The notes under the pieces were generated by a model. The model was not told the DNA's origin. It searched no databases and saw only the letters and a program-made list of their open reading frames with translations. Positions 43,973 to 54,484 of a DNA stretch of 64,000 nt are shown piece after piece. The DNA is from an uncultured Actinomycetes bacterium (GTDB lineage: Bacteria; Actinomycetota; Acidimicrobiia; IMCC26256; JAOSJL01): assembly GCA_963704035.1 (NCBI GenBank), contig CAVPGR010000004.1, forward strand, positions 1,338,438 to 1,402,437, in the 5' to 3' direction. The translations under genes were made by a program, and so were the position numbers. The stretch's first letter is position 1. Each line of letters opens with the position of its first letter.

Positions 43973-45106
43973 GTGGCGTCGGATCAGGCAATGGAAGACC
44001 CGCAGAAGCGTGCTCCCGAGCTCGTAGAGCGCTACGGCGAGCTCTGGCTCGACGAGATGGCGGCCGCCGAGCTGTACCGTCGCCTCGCCGGTTCGCGGAC
44101 CACGGAACTCGCGGACGAACTCCGAGCGATCGCGGTTACCGAAGACGAGCACGCCGCCTACTGGGCGACGCTCCTCGAGGAGTCGGGGGCCGACAAGCCC
44201 CGTTACAGGACCCCCTTCCGGGTCCGGGCTCTCGGAGCGGCCGCGCACCTCATCGGGGTCAAGCGGATTCTGCCGTTCGTGGCGCGAATGGAGGCCGAGG
44301 AGGTCCGCCGCTACCGCGACGACGACGATATCCCCGACGAGCTCGTCGACGAGGAGGTCGCGCACGGTCGTCTCGTGGCCGGGCTCCACGGGGACAGCGG
44401 CGTCGGTGCGGCGATCGCCGCCGCCGAAGGGCGTCACCGGATCGGTGTCGGCGGACCGTTGCGTCCGCTCGTGTTCGGGGCGAACGACGGTCTCGTGTCG
44501 AACCTGTCGCTCGTTCTCGGCGTGGCCGGGGGAACCTCCGACGAGTCCTTCATCCTTCTGGCCGGCATGGCGGGCCTCGTGGCGGGTGCGTGTTCGATGG
44601 CCGCCGGCGAGTGGGTGTCGGTGCGCGCTCAGGCCGAGCTCTACGAACGGGAGCTCGAGGTCGAACGCCTCGAGATCCGTTACTTCCCCGAGGAGGAGTT
44701 CGAAGAGCTGGAGACGATCTACCGTGCGCGCGGCCTGAGCGAGGACGAGGCACGAGCGCTCGCCGAGCGCATCATGGAAGACGAAGACGTGGCGCTCGAC
44801 GTGATGGCCCGCGAGGAACTCGGTATCACGCCCGGAGATCTTCCTTCGGCCTGGATGGCTGCGGTTGCTTCCTTCTTGGCGTTCAGTATCGGTGCATTGA
44901 TTCCCGTGTTGCCCTATGTGTTCAGCTCGGGTGACCCGGCATTCGTCATGGCCGCGACGCTCTCGGGTGTCGCTCTCTTCTGCGTCGGCTCCCTGATCTC
45001 GATCTTCACCGGTCGCAACGCCGTCGTGTCCGGCCTGCGCATGGTCGCGATAGGTGGAGGCGCGGCGACAGCGACGTTCCTCATCGGAACCGCGATAGGA
45101 GGGTGA
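43973..45106 (+). CDS. VIT1/CCC1-family Fe/Mn transporter with an N-terminal ferritin/rubrerythrin-like domain
   Basis: The ORF contains LVFGANDGLVSNLSLVLGVAG...AGMAGLVAGACSMAAGEWVSVRAQAELYE...MVAIGGGAATATFLIGTAIGG. An alternative start is ATG 43991. Confidence 0.8.
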   Translation: MASDQAMEDPQKRAPELVERYGELWLDEMAAAELYRRLAGSRTTELADELRAIAVTEDEHAAYWATLLEESGADKPRYRTPFRVRALGAAAHLIGVKRILPFVARMEAEEVRRYRDDDDIPDELVDEEVAHGRLVAGLHGDSGVGAAIAAAEGRHRIGVGGPLRPLVFGANDGLVSNLSLVLGVAGGTSDESFILLAGMAGLVAGACSMAAGEWVSVRAQAELYERELEVERLEIRYFPEEEFEELETIYRARGLSEDEARALAERIMEDEDVALDVMAREELGITPGDLPSAWMAAVASFLAFSIGALIPVLPYVFSSGDPAFVMAATLSGVALFCVGSLISIFTGRNAVVSGLRMVAIGGGAATATFLIGTAIGG

Positions 45107-45118
45107 AGACTCGCGAGT

Positions 45119-46663
45119 TCATGTTGCTGGCTCGTTCAGGTAGAGGAAGCCGCAGGCTTCGTTGCGGACCGGCACTTCGGCGTCGCGCAACACGGCATCC
45201 CAGTCACTGCGGACACCCGGGTTCGTCTGTTCCATCCCGTGATCAGCGAGGAGGACAAAGGCCGTGTCGTCGTAGACGCCTGCCTTCTCGACGGCGTCCA
45301 GAACGGCACCGAGGCGGGCGTCGGTGTCGCGGACGGCGGCTTCGGCGATGTCGGAGTGTGGTCCTCCTTCGTGCATGGCGGAATCGATGACGGTGAAGTT
45401 GATCCACATGAACCGCGGAAGGGGATAGCTCTGGTCGCGGTATCGACCCGACCAGATACCGACGGCCTGTTCGACGGCCTGGTGGTCGATGATCGTCCAG
45501 GCGGCGTAGCCGAGCGACGAGGTGGCATACGCGGGGTTCGTGTACGGCAGCTCCGATGTGTCGGAGGAGATCTCGGGGACGTCGCCCGATCGGAAGAAGT
45601 CGAACGTCGAGTAGGCCGCTCCGCGGTCGCAGGGTTCGTCGACCGCTGCCGTGAAGGTGTCGGGCCACGTGCGCCTGATCGCCTCGAAGAGGGTCTCGGT
45701 CCCTTCGACGAGGTGCTGCATCGCGAACGCCCAGGTTGCCAGCGAGTTGGTCTCGATCGACTTCTCGATCCGGCGGTCGTACCAGGAATTGTGCAGCACA
45801 CCGTGATGTCCGGGGAGCCGCCCCGTCAGGATCGACGTGTGGTTCGCCAGAGTCACGGTGGGCATGCCCGACATCGCTCCGAATCGCAGTGCGGTCCCGG
45901 CCTCGATGAGGCGTGCCACGTTGGGGGCGTCCCCGGAAGCGGCCAGGTTGTAGAGGACGTTCGGATTGGCGCCGTCGAAGAGGAAGCCCACGACGTGTTC
46001 CGGACGCCCGTCGTCGGGGTCGAGCAGTTCGCGTCGGACCACTCCGTCGGTTCCCGCGAGGAACTCGCCGGTGTCGTCGTGGGGTGCGACGCCCAGCAGC
46101 TCGGCCAGGGTGGGCCCGACGTCGACGAGGCGGATCGACCGGTCGACCATTCCGTGACGACGGATTCCGCGACCGGCGACGACGAACGGGGCCCGTGCCT
46201 GGATGACGTCGAGAGACCCGTGCTCGCCGACGTGACCGCCGCTTTCGGGCCAGTGGTGCCCGGCGGAGTGCACGACGCAGAGGTCGGGAGCCGCGGCGTG
46301 ATCGAAGAGCTGGGCCACCTGGTCGTAGCCGTGGGGATAGGAGTTGGCCGTACGGTCGGGATGCAGTGACGCCCGCTCCCTTTCCAATCCCACGAAGCGG
46401 TCGACGGACCGGTCGCCCAGGGGGTTTCTCCCTTCCACGGTCACGGTCGACGGTTCGGCATCGGGCCCGTCGGGCCGGTCGAAACGGACTCGACCGTCGG
46501 GAGCGATGGCCTCGTAGAGGCCGTCGGCGACCCGCAGCACCATCTCGACGCTCGGTGCCACCGCCGGATCACACAGAGCCGTGATCGCCCGCTCCGAGAG
46601 CTCCCGCAGTGCCGGATCGGGTTCCCGGGTCGTCATCGTGGAAGTGAGGTTCTCTGGGGCCAT
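45119..46663 (-). CDS. Alkaline-phosphatase-superfamily enzyme (nucleotide pyrophosphatase/phosphodiesterase-like)
   Basis: A 514-aa ORF with FLFDGANPNVLY, MPTVTLANHTSILTGRLPGHHGV and FVLLADHGM, which are motifs typical of type I phosphodiesterase/AlkP metal sites. Confidence 0.7.
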   Translation of the reverse strand: MAPENLTSTMTTREPDPALRELSERAITALCDPAVAPSVEMVLRVADGLYEAIAPDGRVRFDRPDGPDAEPSTVTVEGRNPLGDRSVDRFVGLERERASLHPDRTANSYPHGYDQVAQLFDHAAAPDLCVVHSAGHHWPESGGHVGEHGSLDVIQARAPFVVAGRGIRRHGMVDRSIRLVDVGPTLAELLGVAPHDDTGEFLAGTDGVVRRELLDPDDGRPEHVVGFLFDGANPNVLYNLAASGDAPNVARLIEAGTALRFGAMSGMPTVTLANHTSILTGRLPGHHGVLHNSWYDRRIEKSIETNSLATWAFAMQHLVEGTETLFEAIRRTWPDTFTAAVDEPCDRGAAYSTFDFFRSGDVPEISSDTSELPYTNPAYATSSLGYAAWTIIDHQAVEQAVGIWSGRYRDQSYPLPRFMWINFTVIDSAMHEGGPHSDIAEAAVRDTDARLGAVLDAVEKAGVYDDTAFVLLADHGMEQTNPGVRSDWDAVLRDAEVPVRNEACGFLYLNEPAT

Positions 46664-46776
46664 GGGACGAGGTTAGCGGCCCGATTGCCGGAATCCGGTC
46701 GGCGCGGGTACCCTGAATGACCCGTTTCGAATGCGGTCCCGCGTTGTGCTCTTCGCGGCATCTTCACGCGTCGCGC

Positions 46777-46836
46777 GGCACGAGAGCGGCACGAGAACGG
46801 TCGGACGACCGGTTTCACGAGATCAAACACGAGATC
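46777..46836 (+). repeat. Four CACGAGA-containing direct repeats in the rplM leader (GGCACGAGA x2 at 46777 and 46788; CACGAGATC x2 at 46816 and 46828)
   Basis: Read directly from the sequence. The last copy ends 12 nt before the rplM GTG. Confidence 0.7.
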
Positions 46837-46848
46837 GAACAGGACAGC

Positions 46849-47310
46849 GTGCGTACCTACACCCCCAAGCCCGACGATCTGAGCAGCGACTGGTATGTCA
46901 TCGACGCCCGAGGGGCACGTCTCGGCCGTGTCGCCACCGAGGTCGCCACGCTTCTGCGCGGCAAGCACAAGCCCACGTGGGCTCCGCACGCGGCGGGGGG
47001 CGACCACGTCATCGTGATCAACGCGTCCGAGCTCGACGTCACACTGCGCAAGGCGGAACAGAAGATCTATCACCGCCACTCCGGGTACCCGGGTGGTCTG
47101 CGCAGTGAGTCTCTCGAGCACATGATCGAGCGCGACCCCGCGAGGGTCGTCAAGAAGGCGGTCAAGGGGATGCTCCCGAAGAGCCGTCTCGGACGCTCCA
47201 TGCTCCGAAACCTGCGCGTCTACGCGGGTGCCGCCCACCCGCACGCTGCGCAGCAGCCCGAGACCCGCGTGTTGCCAGGCGGCAGCACAACCGGCACGAA
47301 CGCCGGCTGA
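46849..47310 (+). CDS. rplM: 50S ribosomal protein L13
   Basis: GTG start: [47 protein letters not shown]. Confidence 0.93.
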   Translation: MRTYTPKPDDLSSDWYVIDARGARLGRVATEVATLLRGKHKPTWAPHAAGGDHVIVINASELDVTLRKAEQKIYHRHSGYPGGLRSESLEHMIERDPARVVKKAVKGMLPKSRLGRSMLRNLRVYAGAAHPHAAQQPETRVLPGGSTTGTNAG

Positions 47311-47323
47311 CGAGGAGATCCAC

Positions 47324-47716
47324 GTGTCGAAGCCGCTCATCCAGTCCACCGGACGTCGCAAGAGCAGCGTCGCCCGCGTCCGCGTGCGCCCCGGCACGGG
47401 TGTCGTGACCATCAACGGCAAGTCCTACACGGAGTACTTCCCGACACTCGTGCAGCAGATGACGGTCAGTGAGCCGTTGCGCCTCACTGAAACTGCCGAG
47501 GTCTACGACATTGACGCCAGCGTGAACGGCGGTGGTGTGAGCGGTCAGGCCGGTGCGGTCCGACTCGGCATCGCCCGCGCGCTGTCGATTCTCGATGATG
47601 AGCAGCGACCCGAGTTGAAGAAGCAGGGTCTTCTCACCCGCGACGCGCGTGAGAAGGAGCGTCGCAAGTACGGTCTCAAGAAGGCCCGCAAGGCGCCGCA
47701 GTACAGCAAGCGCTGA
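47324..47716 (+). CDS. rpsI: 30S ribosomal protein S9
   Basis: [34 protein letters not shown]...[17 protein letters not shown]. Confidence 0.94.
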   Translation: MSKPLIQSTGRRKSSVARVRVRPGTGVVTINGKSYTEYFPTLVQQMTVSEPLRLTETAEVYDIDASVNGGGVSGQAGAVRLGIARALSILDDEQRPELKKQGLLTRDAREKERRKYGLKKARKAPQYSKR

Positions 47717-47734
47717 GCCCCGGCGGAGAGCACC

Positions 47735-49114
47735 ATGTCGCTGCGGTTCGGTACCGACGGCGTTCGCGGGGTCGCCAACCGTGATCTGACTCCCGAGCTC
47801 GTGCTCGCGCTCGGTCGCGCGGTGGTGCGGGCACTCGGGGCGGACCGCCCACTCCTGGTCGCCAGCGACACACGGCGCTCCGGCCCGATGCTCGAGGCCG
47901 CGCTCACCGCGGGTGTGTGCGGTGAGGGGGGCACTGTCGTCTCGCTCGGCGTCCTGCCGACTCCCGGCCTGGCTCATGCCTCCCGGGAGAGCGACGCTCC
48001 CGCGGCCATGATCTCGGCCAGCCACAACCCCTTCGCCGACAACGGCATAAAGATCTTTGCCGCCGGGGGCCGCAAGCTTCCCGACGAGTTGGAGCGCCGT
48101 ATCGAGACCGAGCTCGTGACGGTTCTCGGACGTGCCGTCGACGAGCAGGAGCCTGTGGGTGCTGCGGTGGGCACGTCGCGCGCCGGGCCCGACGCCGCGC
48201 GGCGGTACGTCGATCACCTCGTCGAGACACTCGAGGGACGCCGTTTCGACGGTCGGCGTGTCGTGCTCGATTGCGGCAACGGCGCAGCGTCGCGCACGGC
48301 GCCCGCGGTCTTCGAGCGACTCGGTGCCGATGTCTCCACGATCGGCGTTGATCCCGACGGCCTCAACATCAACGACGGTTGTGGTTCCACGGCTCCCGAA
48401 CAGCTCCAGCGAGCGGTTGTCGAGAACCGTGCGGATGCCGGGTTCGCCTTCGACGGTGACGCGGATCGCTGTGTGGCTGTCGACGAGAACGGCACGCTGC
48501 GCGACGGTGACCACATTCTGGCCATCACCGCCTTCGACCTCGCGGCCCGCGACGCGCTGCCGGGACGGGCAATCGCCACGACGGTCATGGCGAATCTCGG
48601 TCTTCGACGTGCGTTGGCGGCGGAGGAGATCACGATCGTGGAGACACCCGTCGGGGATCGCCACGTGCTCAGCGCGATGGAGGACCAGGGCCTCGCTCTC
48701 GGGGGCGAACAGTCCGGGCACGTGATCTTCTCCGAGCACGCGTCGACCGGCGACGGCACTCTCACCGCCCTCATGCTCCTCGACGTCGTGTGTCGCAGCG
48801 GGAGGAGCCTCGGAGACCTCGCCGACGCCGTCGTGAAGCTCCCGCAGATCCTGACGAACGTCGCCGTCGAGTCCACCGAGGACCTCGACGTTTCGGAGGG
48901 CTTCTGGAACGACGTGCATGTCGCCGAAGCCGAGCTCGCCGACGACGGTCGGATCCTCGTGCGCGCGTCCGGCACTGAGCCCGTCGTGCGGATCATGGTC
49001 GAGGCGACCGAGATCGACGTGGCGAACGCCGTTGCTCGACGTCTGGAGTCGTCGCTGGCGGCTCACCTCCGGATCTCGGAAGCGACACAGGAGGAAGAGC
49101 AAGGGGAGTCGTAG
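47735..49114 (+). CDS. glmM: Phosphoglucosamine mutase
   Basis: MSLRFGTDGVRGVANRDLTPE...MISASHNPFADNGIKIF...FDGDADRCVAVD...GGEQSGHVIF. Confidence 0.95.
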   Translation: MSLRFGTDGVRGVANRDLTPELVLALGRAVVRALGADRPLLVASDTRRSGPMLEAALTAGVCGEGGTVVSLGVLPTPGLAHASRESDAPAAMISASHNPFADNGIKIFAAGGRKLPDELERRIETELVTVLGRAVDEQEPVGAAVGTSRAGPDAARRYVDHLVETLEGRRFDGRRVVLDCGNGAASRTAPAVFERLGADVSTIGVDPDGLNINDGCGSTAPEQLQRAVVENRADAGFAFDGDADRCVAVDENGTLRDGDHILAITAFDLAARDALPGRAIATTVMANLGLRRALAAEEITIVETPVGDRHVLSAMEDQGLALGGEQSGHVIFSEHASTGDGTLTALMLLDVVCRSGRSLGDLADAVVKLPQILTNVAVESTEDLDVSEGFWNDVHVAEAELADDGRILVRASGTEPVVRIMVEATEIDVANAVARRLESSLAAHLRISEATQEEEQGES

Positions 49115-49124
49115 ACTCACCCCT

Positions 49125-50960
49125 GTGTGCGGCATCGTCGGTTTCACGGGCTCTGACGCGGCTCTGCCCGTCCTGCTAGACGGCCTGGCCTCCCTGGAGT
49201 ACCGCGGCTACGACTCCGCCGGTGTGGCCCTCCAGGTTCCCGGCGACGGCCTGTGGCTACGTCGTCGCTCGGGCAAGCTCGCTGAGCTCACCGGCGCCGT
49301 GGGTGACGCGCCGGCAGACGCCACCACAGGAATCGGTCACACCCGTTGGGCCACCCACGGGCGACCGTCGGAACGGAACGCCCATCCCCAGACAGACGGC
49401 TCCGGGGATCTGGCGATCGTGCACAACGGCATCGTCGAGAATTTTCTGGAGCTGCGCGAGGAGCTCGAAGCGAGTGGGCACGAGTTCCGCTCCGAAACCG
49501 ACACCGAGGTTCTGGCACACCTCGTCGCCGATGAGCTGGCCGAAGGACGAAGCCTCGCCGACGCCGTCCGATCGCTGCTCCACAGCGCTGACGGAAGCTT
49601 CGCTGTGGCCGTGGTGCACGCCGACGACCCCGGGCTCATCGTGGCTGCCCGGCGCGTGTCGCCCCTGGTGGCAGGTGTCGCCGACGGAGCGGCGCTCGTG
49701 GCGTCCGACATCCCCGCGCTGCTCCCGCACACCCGCGACGTCCTGATCGTCGACGACGACCAGGTCGTCGAGCTGCGTCCGGGTTCGGTGCGCATCACCG
49801 ACCTCGACGGCGCCGAACTGACGCCCGCGCCGCGCACGATCACGTGGGACGTCGAGCAGGCCGAGAAGGGCGGCTACGAGGATTTCATGCTCAAGGAGAT
49901 CCACGAGCAGCCGGCGGCCGTCAGGGACACGTTGAGCGGACGGACCGCGCCGAGCGGTGAGCTCATGCTCGACGAGTTGCGGCTCTCCGAGGACGAGTTG
50001 CGGGCGGTCGACAAGGTGTTCCTGGTCGGATGTGGTACCAGCTACCACGCCGCGATGGTCGCCAAGTACGCCCTGGAGCACTGGACCCGTCTGCCGTGCG
50101 AGATCGACATCGCGTCCGAGTTCCGCTATCGGGACCCTGTGGTCGACACCCGCACGCTCGTGGTCGGGGTGAGCCAGTCGGGAGAGACCGCCGACACGAT
50201 CGAGGCGATGAAGTACGCCAAGCGCTGGGACGCCCGCATCATCGCGGTCACCAACGTCGTCGATTCGAGCATGGCACGCCTCGCCGACGCCGTCCTCTAC
50301 ACGCACGCGGGGCCCGAGATCGGCGTCGCCGCCACGAAGACGCACCTTGCGCAGGTCGTGGCGCTCGAGTTGCTGGCGCTGTACCTGGCTGGCCTGCGGG
50401 GAACCCGCTACACGAGCGAGGCACGTGATCTGCTCGCGGAGTTGTGTGAGATCCCTTCGCGAATCGAGACGGTGATCAGTCGTAGCGACGACATCCGTCC
50501 GATCGCCCACGAACTGGTCGACGTCCGAGACTTCTTCTTCCTCGGCCGCGGCGTGGGATACCCCGTGGCGATGGAGGGCGCACTGAAGCTCAAGGAGATC
50601 AGCTACGCGCGAGCGGAGGCCTACCCGGGCGGCGAGATGAAACACGGCCCGATCGCGCTGATCGAACCGGGAACCGTCGTCGTCGGTGTGGCGACCCGCT
50701 CGCACGTCTACGCCAAGGTGCTCGGGAACGTCTCGGAAATGCGTACGCGGGGAGCGACCGTCGTCCTCGTGGCCAACGACGGCGATGACACCGCGGCGGG
50801 GCTCGCCGATCACGTGCTGTGGGTGCCGCCCACGATCGAGCTCTTCTCGCCGGCGGTCGACACCGTGGCGCTCCAACTCTTTGCCTATCACCTCGCCAAG
50901 GAGCGCGGGCGTGACGTCGACAAGCCGCGGAATCTGGCCAAGACCGTGACCGTGGAGTGA
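49125..50960 (+). CDS. glmS: Glutamine--fructose-6-phosphate aminotransferase (isomerizing)
   Basis: A GTG precedes CGIVGFTGSDAALPVLLDGLASLEYRGYDSAGVAL. The C-terminus is PRNLAKTVTVE. Confidence 0.95.
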   Translation: MCGIVGFTGSDAALPVLLDGLASLEYRGYDSAGVALQVPGDGLWLRRRSGKLAELTGAVGDAPADATTGIGHTRWATHGRPSERNAHPQTDGSGDLAIVHNGIVENFLELREELEASGHEFRSETDTEVLAHLVADELAEGRSLADAVRSLLHSADGSFAVAVVHADDPGLIVAARRVSPLVAGVADGAALVASDIPALLPHTRDVLIVDDDQVVELRPGSVRITDLDGAELTPAPRTITWDVEQAEKGGYEDFMLKEIHEQPAAVRDTLSGRTAPSGELMLDELRLSEDELRAVDKVFLVGCGTSYHAAMVAKYALEHWTRLPCEIDIASEFRYRDPVVDTRTLVVGVSQSGETADTIEAMKYAKRWDARIIAVTNVVDSSMARLADAVLYTHAGPEIGVAATKTHLAQVVALELLALYLAGLRGTRYTSEARDLLAELCEIPSRIETVISRSDDIRPIAHELVDVRDFFFLGRGVGYPVAMEGALKLKEISYARAEAYPGGEMKHGPIALIEPGTVVVGVATRSHVYAKVLGNVSEMRTRGATVVLVANDGDDTAAGLADHVLWVPPTIELFSPAVDTVALQLFAYHLAKERGRDVDKPRNLAKTVTVE

Positions 50961-50964
50961 TGTC

Positions 50965-51414
50965 GTGGCCACCGTTCACGCACTCACCGTGGAGCTGACC
51001 CGGGATCTCGAGCGCGTCACCGTCGGCCGGCAGGTGACGAGCATCGGGGTCGACCTCGTCGAGCTGGACCGCATGCGGTTGGCTCTCAGCAGGCGCCCGA
51101 CCCTGGCGGAACGCTGCTTCTCCCCGGCCGAACGCGAGTACGCCCACCGGTCGCGTGACCCCGTGCCCAGCCTGGCCGCGCGTTTCGCCGCGAAAGAGGC
51201 CGTGATGAAGGCCCTCGGTGTCGGACTCTGGAAGTTCCGACTGCGCGACGTAGAGGTGGGCCGTTCACCGAGCGGTGAGCCGATGCTCGTTCTCACCGGT
51301 CGGGCCGCGGAGCTGTGCGAGGAGCGCGTCGTCGGGTCCTGGGCGCTGACTCTCACCCACACGGCGACCACCGCTCTGGCGGTGGCTCTGGCGTTCGCAC
51401 CGGAGAGTCGCTGA
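50965..51414 (+). CDS. acpS: Holo-[acyl-carrier-protein] synthase (start possibly GTG 51034)
   Basis: VTSIGVDLVELDRMRLALSRRPTLAERCFSPAEREY...RFAAKEAVMKALG. Confidence 0.85.
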   Translation: MATVHALTVELTRDLERVTVGRQVTSIGVDLVELDRMRLALSRRPTLAERCFSPAEREYAHRSRDPVPSLAARFAAKEAVMKALGVGLWKFRLRDVEVGRSPSGEPMLVLTGRAAELCEERVVGSWALTLTHTATTALAVALAFAPESR

Positions 51415-52884
51415 ATGCGACCGCTGCTCACCCCCGAGGAGATGTCGGCGGCCGATGCCACCACGATCGCCGCGGGCACGCCGGGCGAGGTGCTCATGGA
51501 GCGCGCCGGACGTGCCGTGGCCCGGAAGGCGTTGCGCCTCCTCGGAGGCGGCTACGGCAAACGGTGCGTCGCGGTGTGCGGCGCCGGGAACAACGGAGGA
51601 GACGGACTCATTGCCGCGGCGGCTCTGCGGCGGCGCGGCGTAGGCGTCGACATCGTCCGGCTGGAGGAAGGAATCCGGTCTTCGGATCTCGACCGGAGCC
51701 TGAAACGCGCCGATCTCGCACTCGATGCGATGTTCGGCACGGGTTTCCACGGAGAGCTGAGTGGTGACGCCGCCGAGGTCGCTGACTGTCTCGCTGACGG
51801 TCCTCCCGTCCTGGCCGTCGACATTCCGTCGGGGGTCCACGGTGCGACGGGAGCTGTGGAGGGGCCGGCGGTGCGGGCAGTCGCCACGCTGTCGTTCGCA
51901 GCATTGAAACCCGGCCTCGTGTTCGAGCCCGGCGCGACTCACGCCGGCGAGGTCGAGGTCGCCGACATCGGAATCGACGTTTCCGGGGCGACGATGGGTG
52001 TCACCGAGCGCTCGGATGTCGCGTCGTGGCTTCTCCCACCGAATCCGGTCACCAACAAGTGGACGTCGGGGGTGTCGGTCGTCGCGGGATCGGGGGGAAT
52101 GACCGGTGCACCGAACTTCGTGAGCCACGCGGCGATGCGCGCGGGAGCGGGCATCGTGTGGTGCAACCTGCCGGGACGCGACGCCGCCCGTGCCGCCTCG
52201 GGAAATGAGGTCATCACGCGGGCGATCGCCGCCACACCGGACGGCTCCCTCGATCTTCCCGGAGCCGACGAGGTCCTGACGAGTCTGGGTCGCTTCCGCG
52301 CGCTGGCGCTCGGGCCCGGTCTGGGGCGGAGCGCACACACGGCGCTCGCCGTGATCCGGTTGGTCGAGCAGGCGTCGATTCCGCTCGTGCTCGACGCCGA
52401 CGGCCTCAACGCTCTCGACGGAAAACCCGAGATCCTCCGAACCCGTCCGGCTCCGACTGTTCTGACCCCGCACGACGGCGAGTACGAGCGACTGATGGGC
52501 CGCGCTGTCGGTGACGACCGGGTGGGCGCCGCCGCCGACCTCGCGGCCCGTTCGGGTTCCGTGACGCTTCTGAAGGGCCCGGCAACCGTGGTGGCAGATC
52601 CCGGCGGACGTACGGCAGTGAACCCGACGGGAGGCCCGTGGCTCGGCACTGCGGGAACGGGCGACGTCCTCACCGGAATCGTCGCAGCGTTCCTCGCCCG
52701 GGGGATGGGGCCGTTCGAGGCGGCCGCGGCCGGAGCTTTCGTGCACGGCCTGGCGGCCGACACCGCCACAGAAGGCACGACGGGGCACAGCGGCCTGGTC
52801 GCGGGTGACCTCATCGGCGCACTCGGGCCTACGCTGGCACGGATCACCGGCGGAGACCCAGCCCCAGAGGCGGAGGAACAATGA
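51415..52884 (+). CDS. nnr: Bifunctional NAD(P)H-hydrate repair enzyme (epimerase + ADP-dependent dehydratase)
   Basis: The YjeF_N part is GKRCVAVCGAGNNGGDGLIAA. The carbohydrate-kinase part is VLDADGLNAL...LTPHDGEYERL...GTAGTGDVLTG. Confidence 0.9.
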   Translation: MRPLLTPEEMSAADATTIAAGTPGEVLMERAGRAVARKALRLLGGGYGKRCVAVCGAGNNGGDGLIAAAALRRRGVGVDIVRLEEGIRSSDLDRSLKRADLALDAMFGTGFHGELSGDAAEVADCLADGPPVLAVDIPSGVHGATGAVEGPAVRAVATLSFAALKPGLVFEPGATHAGEVEVADIGIDVSGATMGVTERSDVASWLLPPNPVTNKWTSGVSVVAGSGGMTGAPNFVSHAAMRAGAGIVWCNLPGRDAARAASGNEVITRAIAATPDGSLDLPGADEVLTSLGRFRALALGPGLGRSAHTALAVIRLVEQASIPLVLDADGLNALDGKPEILRTRPAPTVLTPHDGEYERLMGRAVGDDRVGAAADLAARSGSVTLLKGPATVVADPGGRTAVNPTGGPWLGTAGTGDVLTGIVAAFLARGMGPFEAAAAGAFVHGLAADTATEGTTGHSGLVAGDLIGALGPTLARITGGDPAPEAEEQ

Positions 52885-53345
52885 CCGAGGAAACCCGCGT
52901 CGAAGATGTCATGACCAGCGAGGTCGTGACGTTGCGTCCCGACCAGAGTGTCGCGGAGGCCGCTGACGTGCTGGCCGGTGATGCCATCGGGGCGGCGCCG
53001 GTGGTCGACGACGGCACGTACGTGGGAATGCTCAACGACGACGACCTCATCGTCTCCGAGGCTCGCCTCCACCTGCCCACGACGTTCAACATCCTCGGCG
53101 CCCAGATCGTGATGCCCGGCTCGCAGCACCGCTTCGAGGAGGAGCTGGAGAAGGCTGTGGGCGCCACCGTCGGCGACGTGATGGACACCGACCACCCGAG
53201 TGTCGCGTCCGACGATCCCCTCATGGCCGTCGCCACGCTGATGCACGACAAGGGAGTCACCCACGTTCCCGTCATCGACGACGGTGCGGTCGTGGGAATC
53301 GTCGCTCGTGGCGACCTGATCCGGCACCTGTCCGACACGACATGA
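52881..53345 (+). CDS. CBS domain pair protein
   Basis: VEDVMTSEVVTLRPDQSVAEAADVL... and VGDVMDTDHPSVASDDPLMAVATLMHDKGVTHVPVIDDGAVVGIVARGDLI. Confidence 0.8.
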   Translation: MTEETRVEDVMTSEVVTLRPDQSVAEAADVLAGDAIGAAPVVDDGTYVGMLNDDDLIVSEARLHLPTTFNILGAQIVMPGSQHRFEEELEKAVGATVGDVMDTDHPSVASDDPLMAVATLMHDKGVTHVPVIDDGAVVGIVARGDLIRHLSDTT

Positions 53346-54475
53346 GCGCCCTCCGCCCCGCGTGGGCGGCCATAGACCTCGACGCCGTGCGGCACAACGT
53401 GTCCGTGCTCCGGAGCGCGGCACCGTCGGCGGCCCTGATGGCCGTGGTGAAGGCCAACGGTTACGGACACGGCGCTGAGCAGGTCGGTCGCGCGGCTCTC
53501 GGCGCCGGTGCGTCGTGGCTCGGCGTCGCGCGGGTGGCCGAGGGTGTGGAGTTGCGGGATGCGGGCATCGACGCGCCCGTCATGGTGTTGTCCGACCCGC
53601 CGGCCGGTGCCGCAGGCGAGGTCGTGTCAGCCCGTCTGACTCCGATGATCAGTGACAGCGCGTCGCTTCGGCCCCTTGCCGACGCCGCTCGCGTAGCGAA
53701 GACACGTCTCGACGTCCACCTGAAGGTCGACACGGGAATGCACCGGGTGGGGTGCTCTCCGGACGCGGTTCGGGACATCGTGGATCGTCTCCAGGCCGAA
53801 CCCGAGCTCCGATTCTCCGGCATCGGAACCCACTTCGCCGTCGCCGACGCGGTCGGCGATCCCTTCACCGACCGTCAGCTCGACGAGTTCCTCCGGGTGC
53901 TCGACGATCTCGACCGAGTCGACGCACGCCCCCCGCTGGCGCACGCTGCGAACTCGGCGGGCCTGCTGGCGCACCCCCGGTCCCACCTCGACCTGGTTCG
54001 TGCCGGGATCTCCGTCTACGGGCTCGCGCCGGGCAAGGAGATCACTCCCGATCCGGCGTTGCGTCCGGCGATGTCCCTGCACGCCCGCGTGTCGGCGGTG
54101 CGCGACCTCGACGCCGGGGAGCGGGTGTCCTACGGCCGCCGCTACGAGCTCTCTGCTCCGGGCCGGATCGCGACCATTCCACTGGGCTACGCCGACGGTG
54201 TCCCCCGTCGCCTGGCGGAAGTCGGTGGCGAAGTTCTCGTGGGCGGGACACGTCGACCGGTGGCCGGTACCGTCACGATGGACCAGATGATGGTGGATCT
54301 CGGGTCCGCGTCGGTCGACGTGGGCGACGAGGTCGTGCTGATCGGTTCCCAGGACGGACCCGACGGATCCGACACGATCACCGCCACGGAATGGGCCGAC
54401 CGGCTCGGCACGATCGACTACGAGATCGTCACCGGGATCCGCAGCAGGGTCCCGCGCACCTACAGCGGGGGGTGA
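53342..54475 (+). CDS. alr: Alanine racemase
   Basis: AWAAIDLDAVRHNVSVLRSAAPSAALMAVVKANGYGHGAEQVG (PLP lysine motif) ...IDYEIVTGI. Confidence 0.93.
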   Translation: MSALRPAWAAIDLDAVRHNVSVLRSAAPSAALMAVVKANGYGHGAEQVGRAALGAGASWLGVARVAEGVELRDAGIDAPVMVLSDPPAGAAGEVVSARLTPMISDSASLRPLADAARVAKTRLDVHLKVDTGMHRVGCSPDAVRDIVDRLQAEPELRFSGIGTHFAVADAVGDPFTDRQLDEFLRVLDDLDRVDARPPLAHAANSAGLLAHPRSHLDLVRAGISVYGLAPGKEITPDPALRPAMSLHARVSAVRDLDAGERVSYGRRYELSAPGRIATIPLGYADGVPRRLAEVGGEVLVGGTRRPVAGTVTMDQMMVDLGSASVDVGDEVVLIGSQDGPDGSDTITATEWADRLGTIDYEIVTGIRSRVPRTYSGG

Positions 54476-54484
54476 CCGACCCCG

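Noticed and set aside
49115-49124. A glmS ribozyme upstream of glmS
   Set aside because: Only 10 nt separate glmM and glmS, which leaves no room for the ribozyme. That element is also characteristic of Firmicutes rather than this kind of genome.
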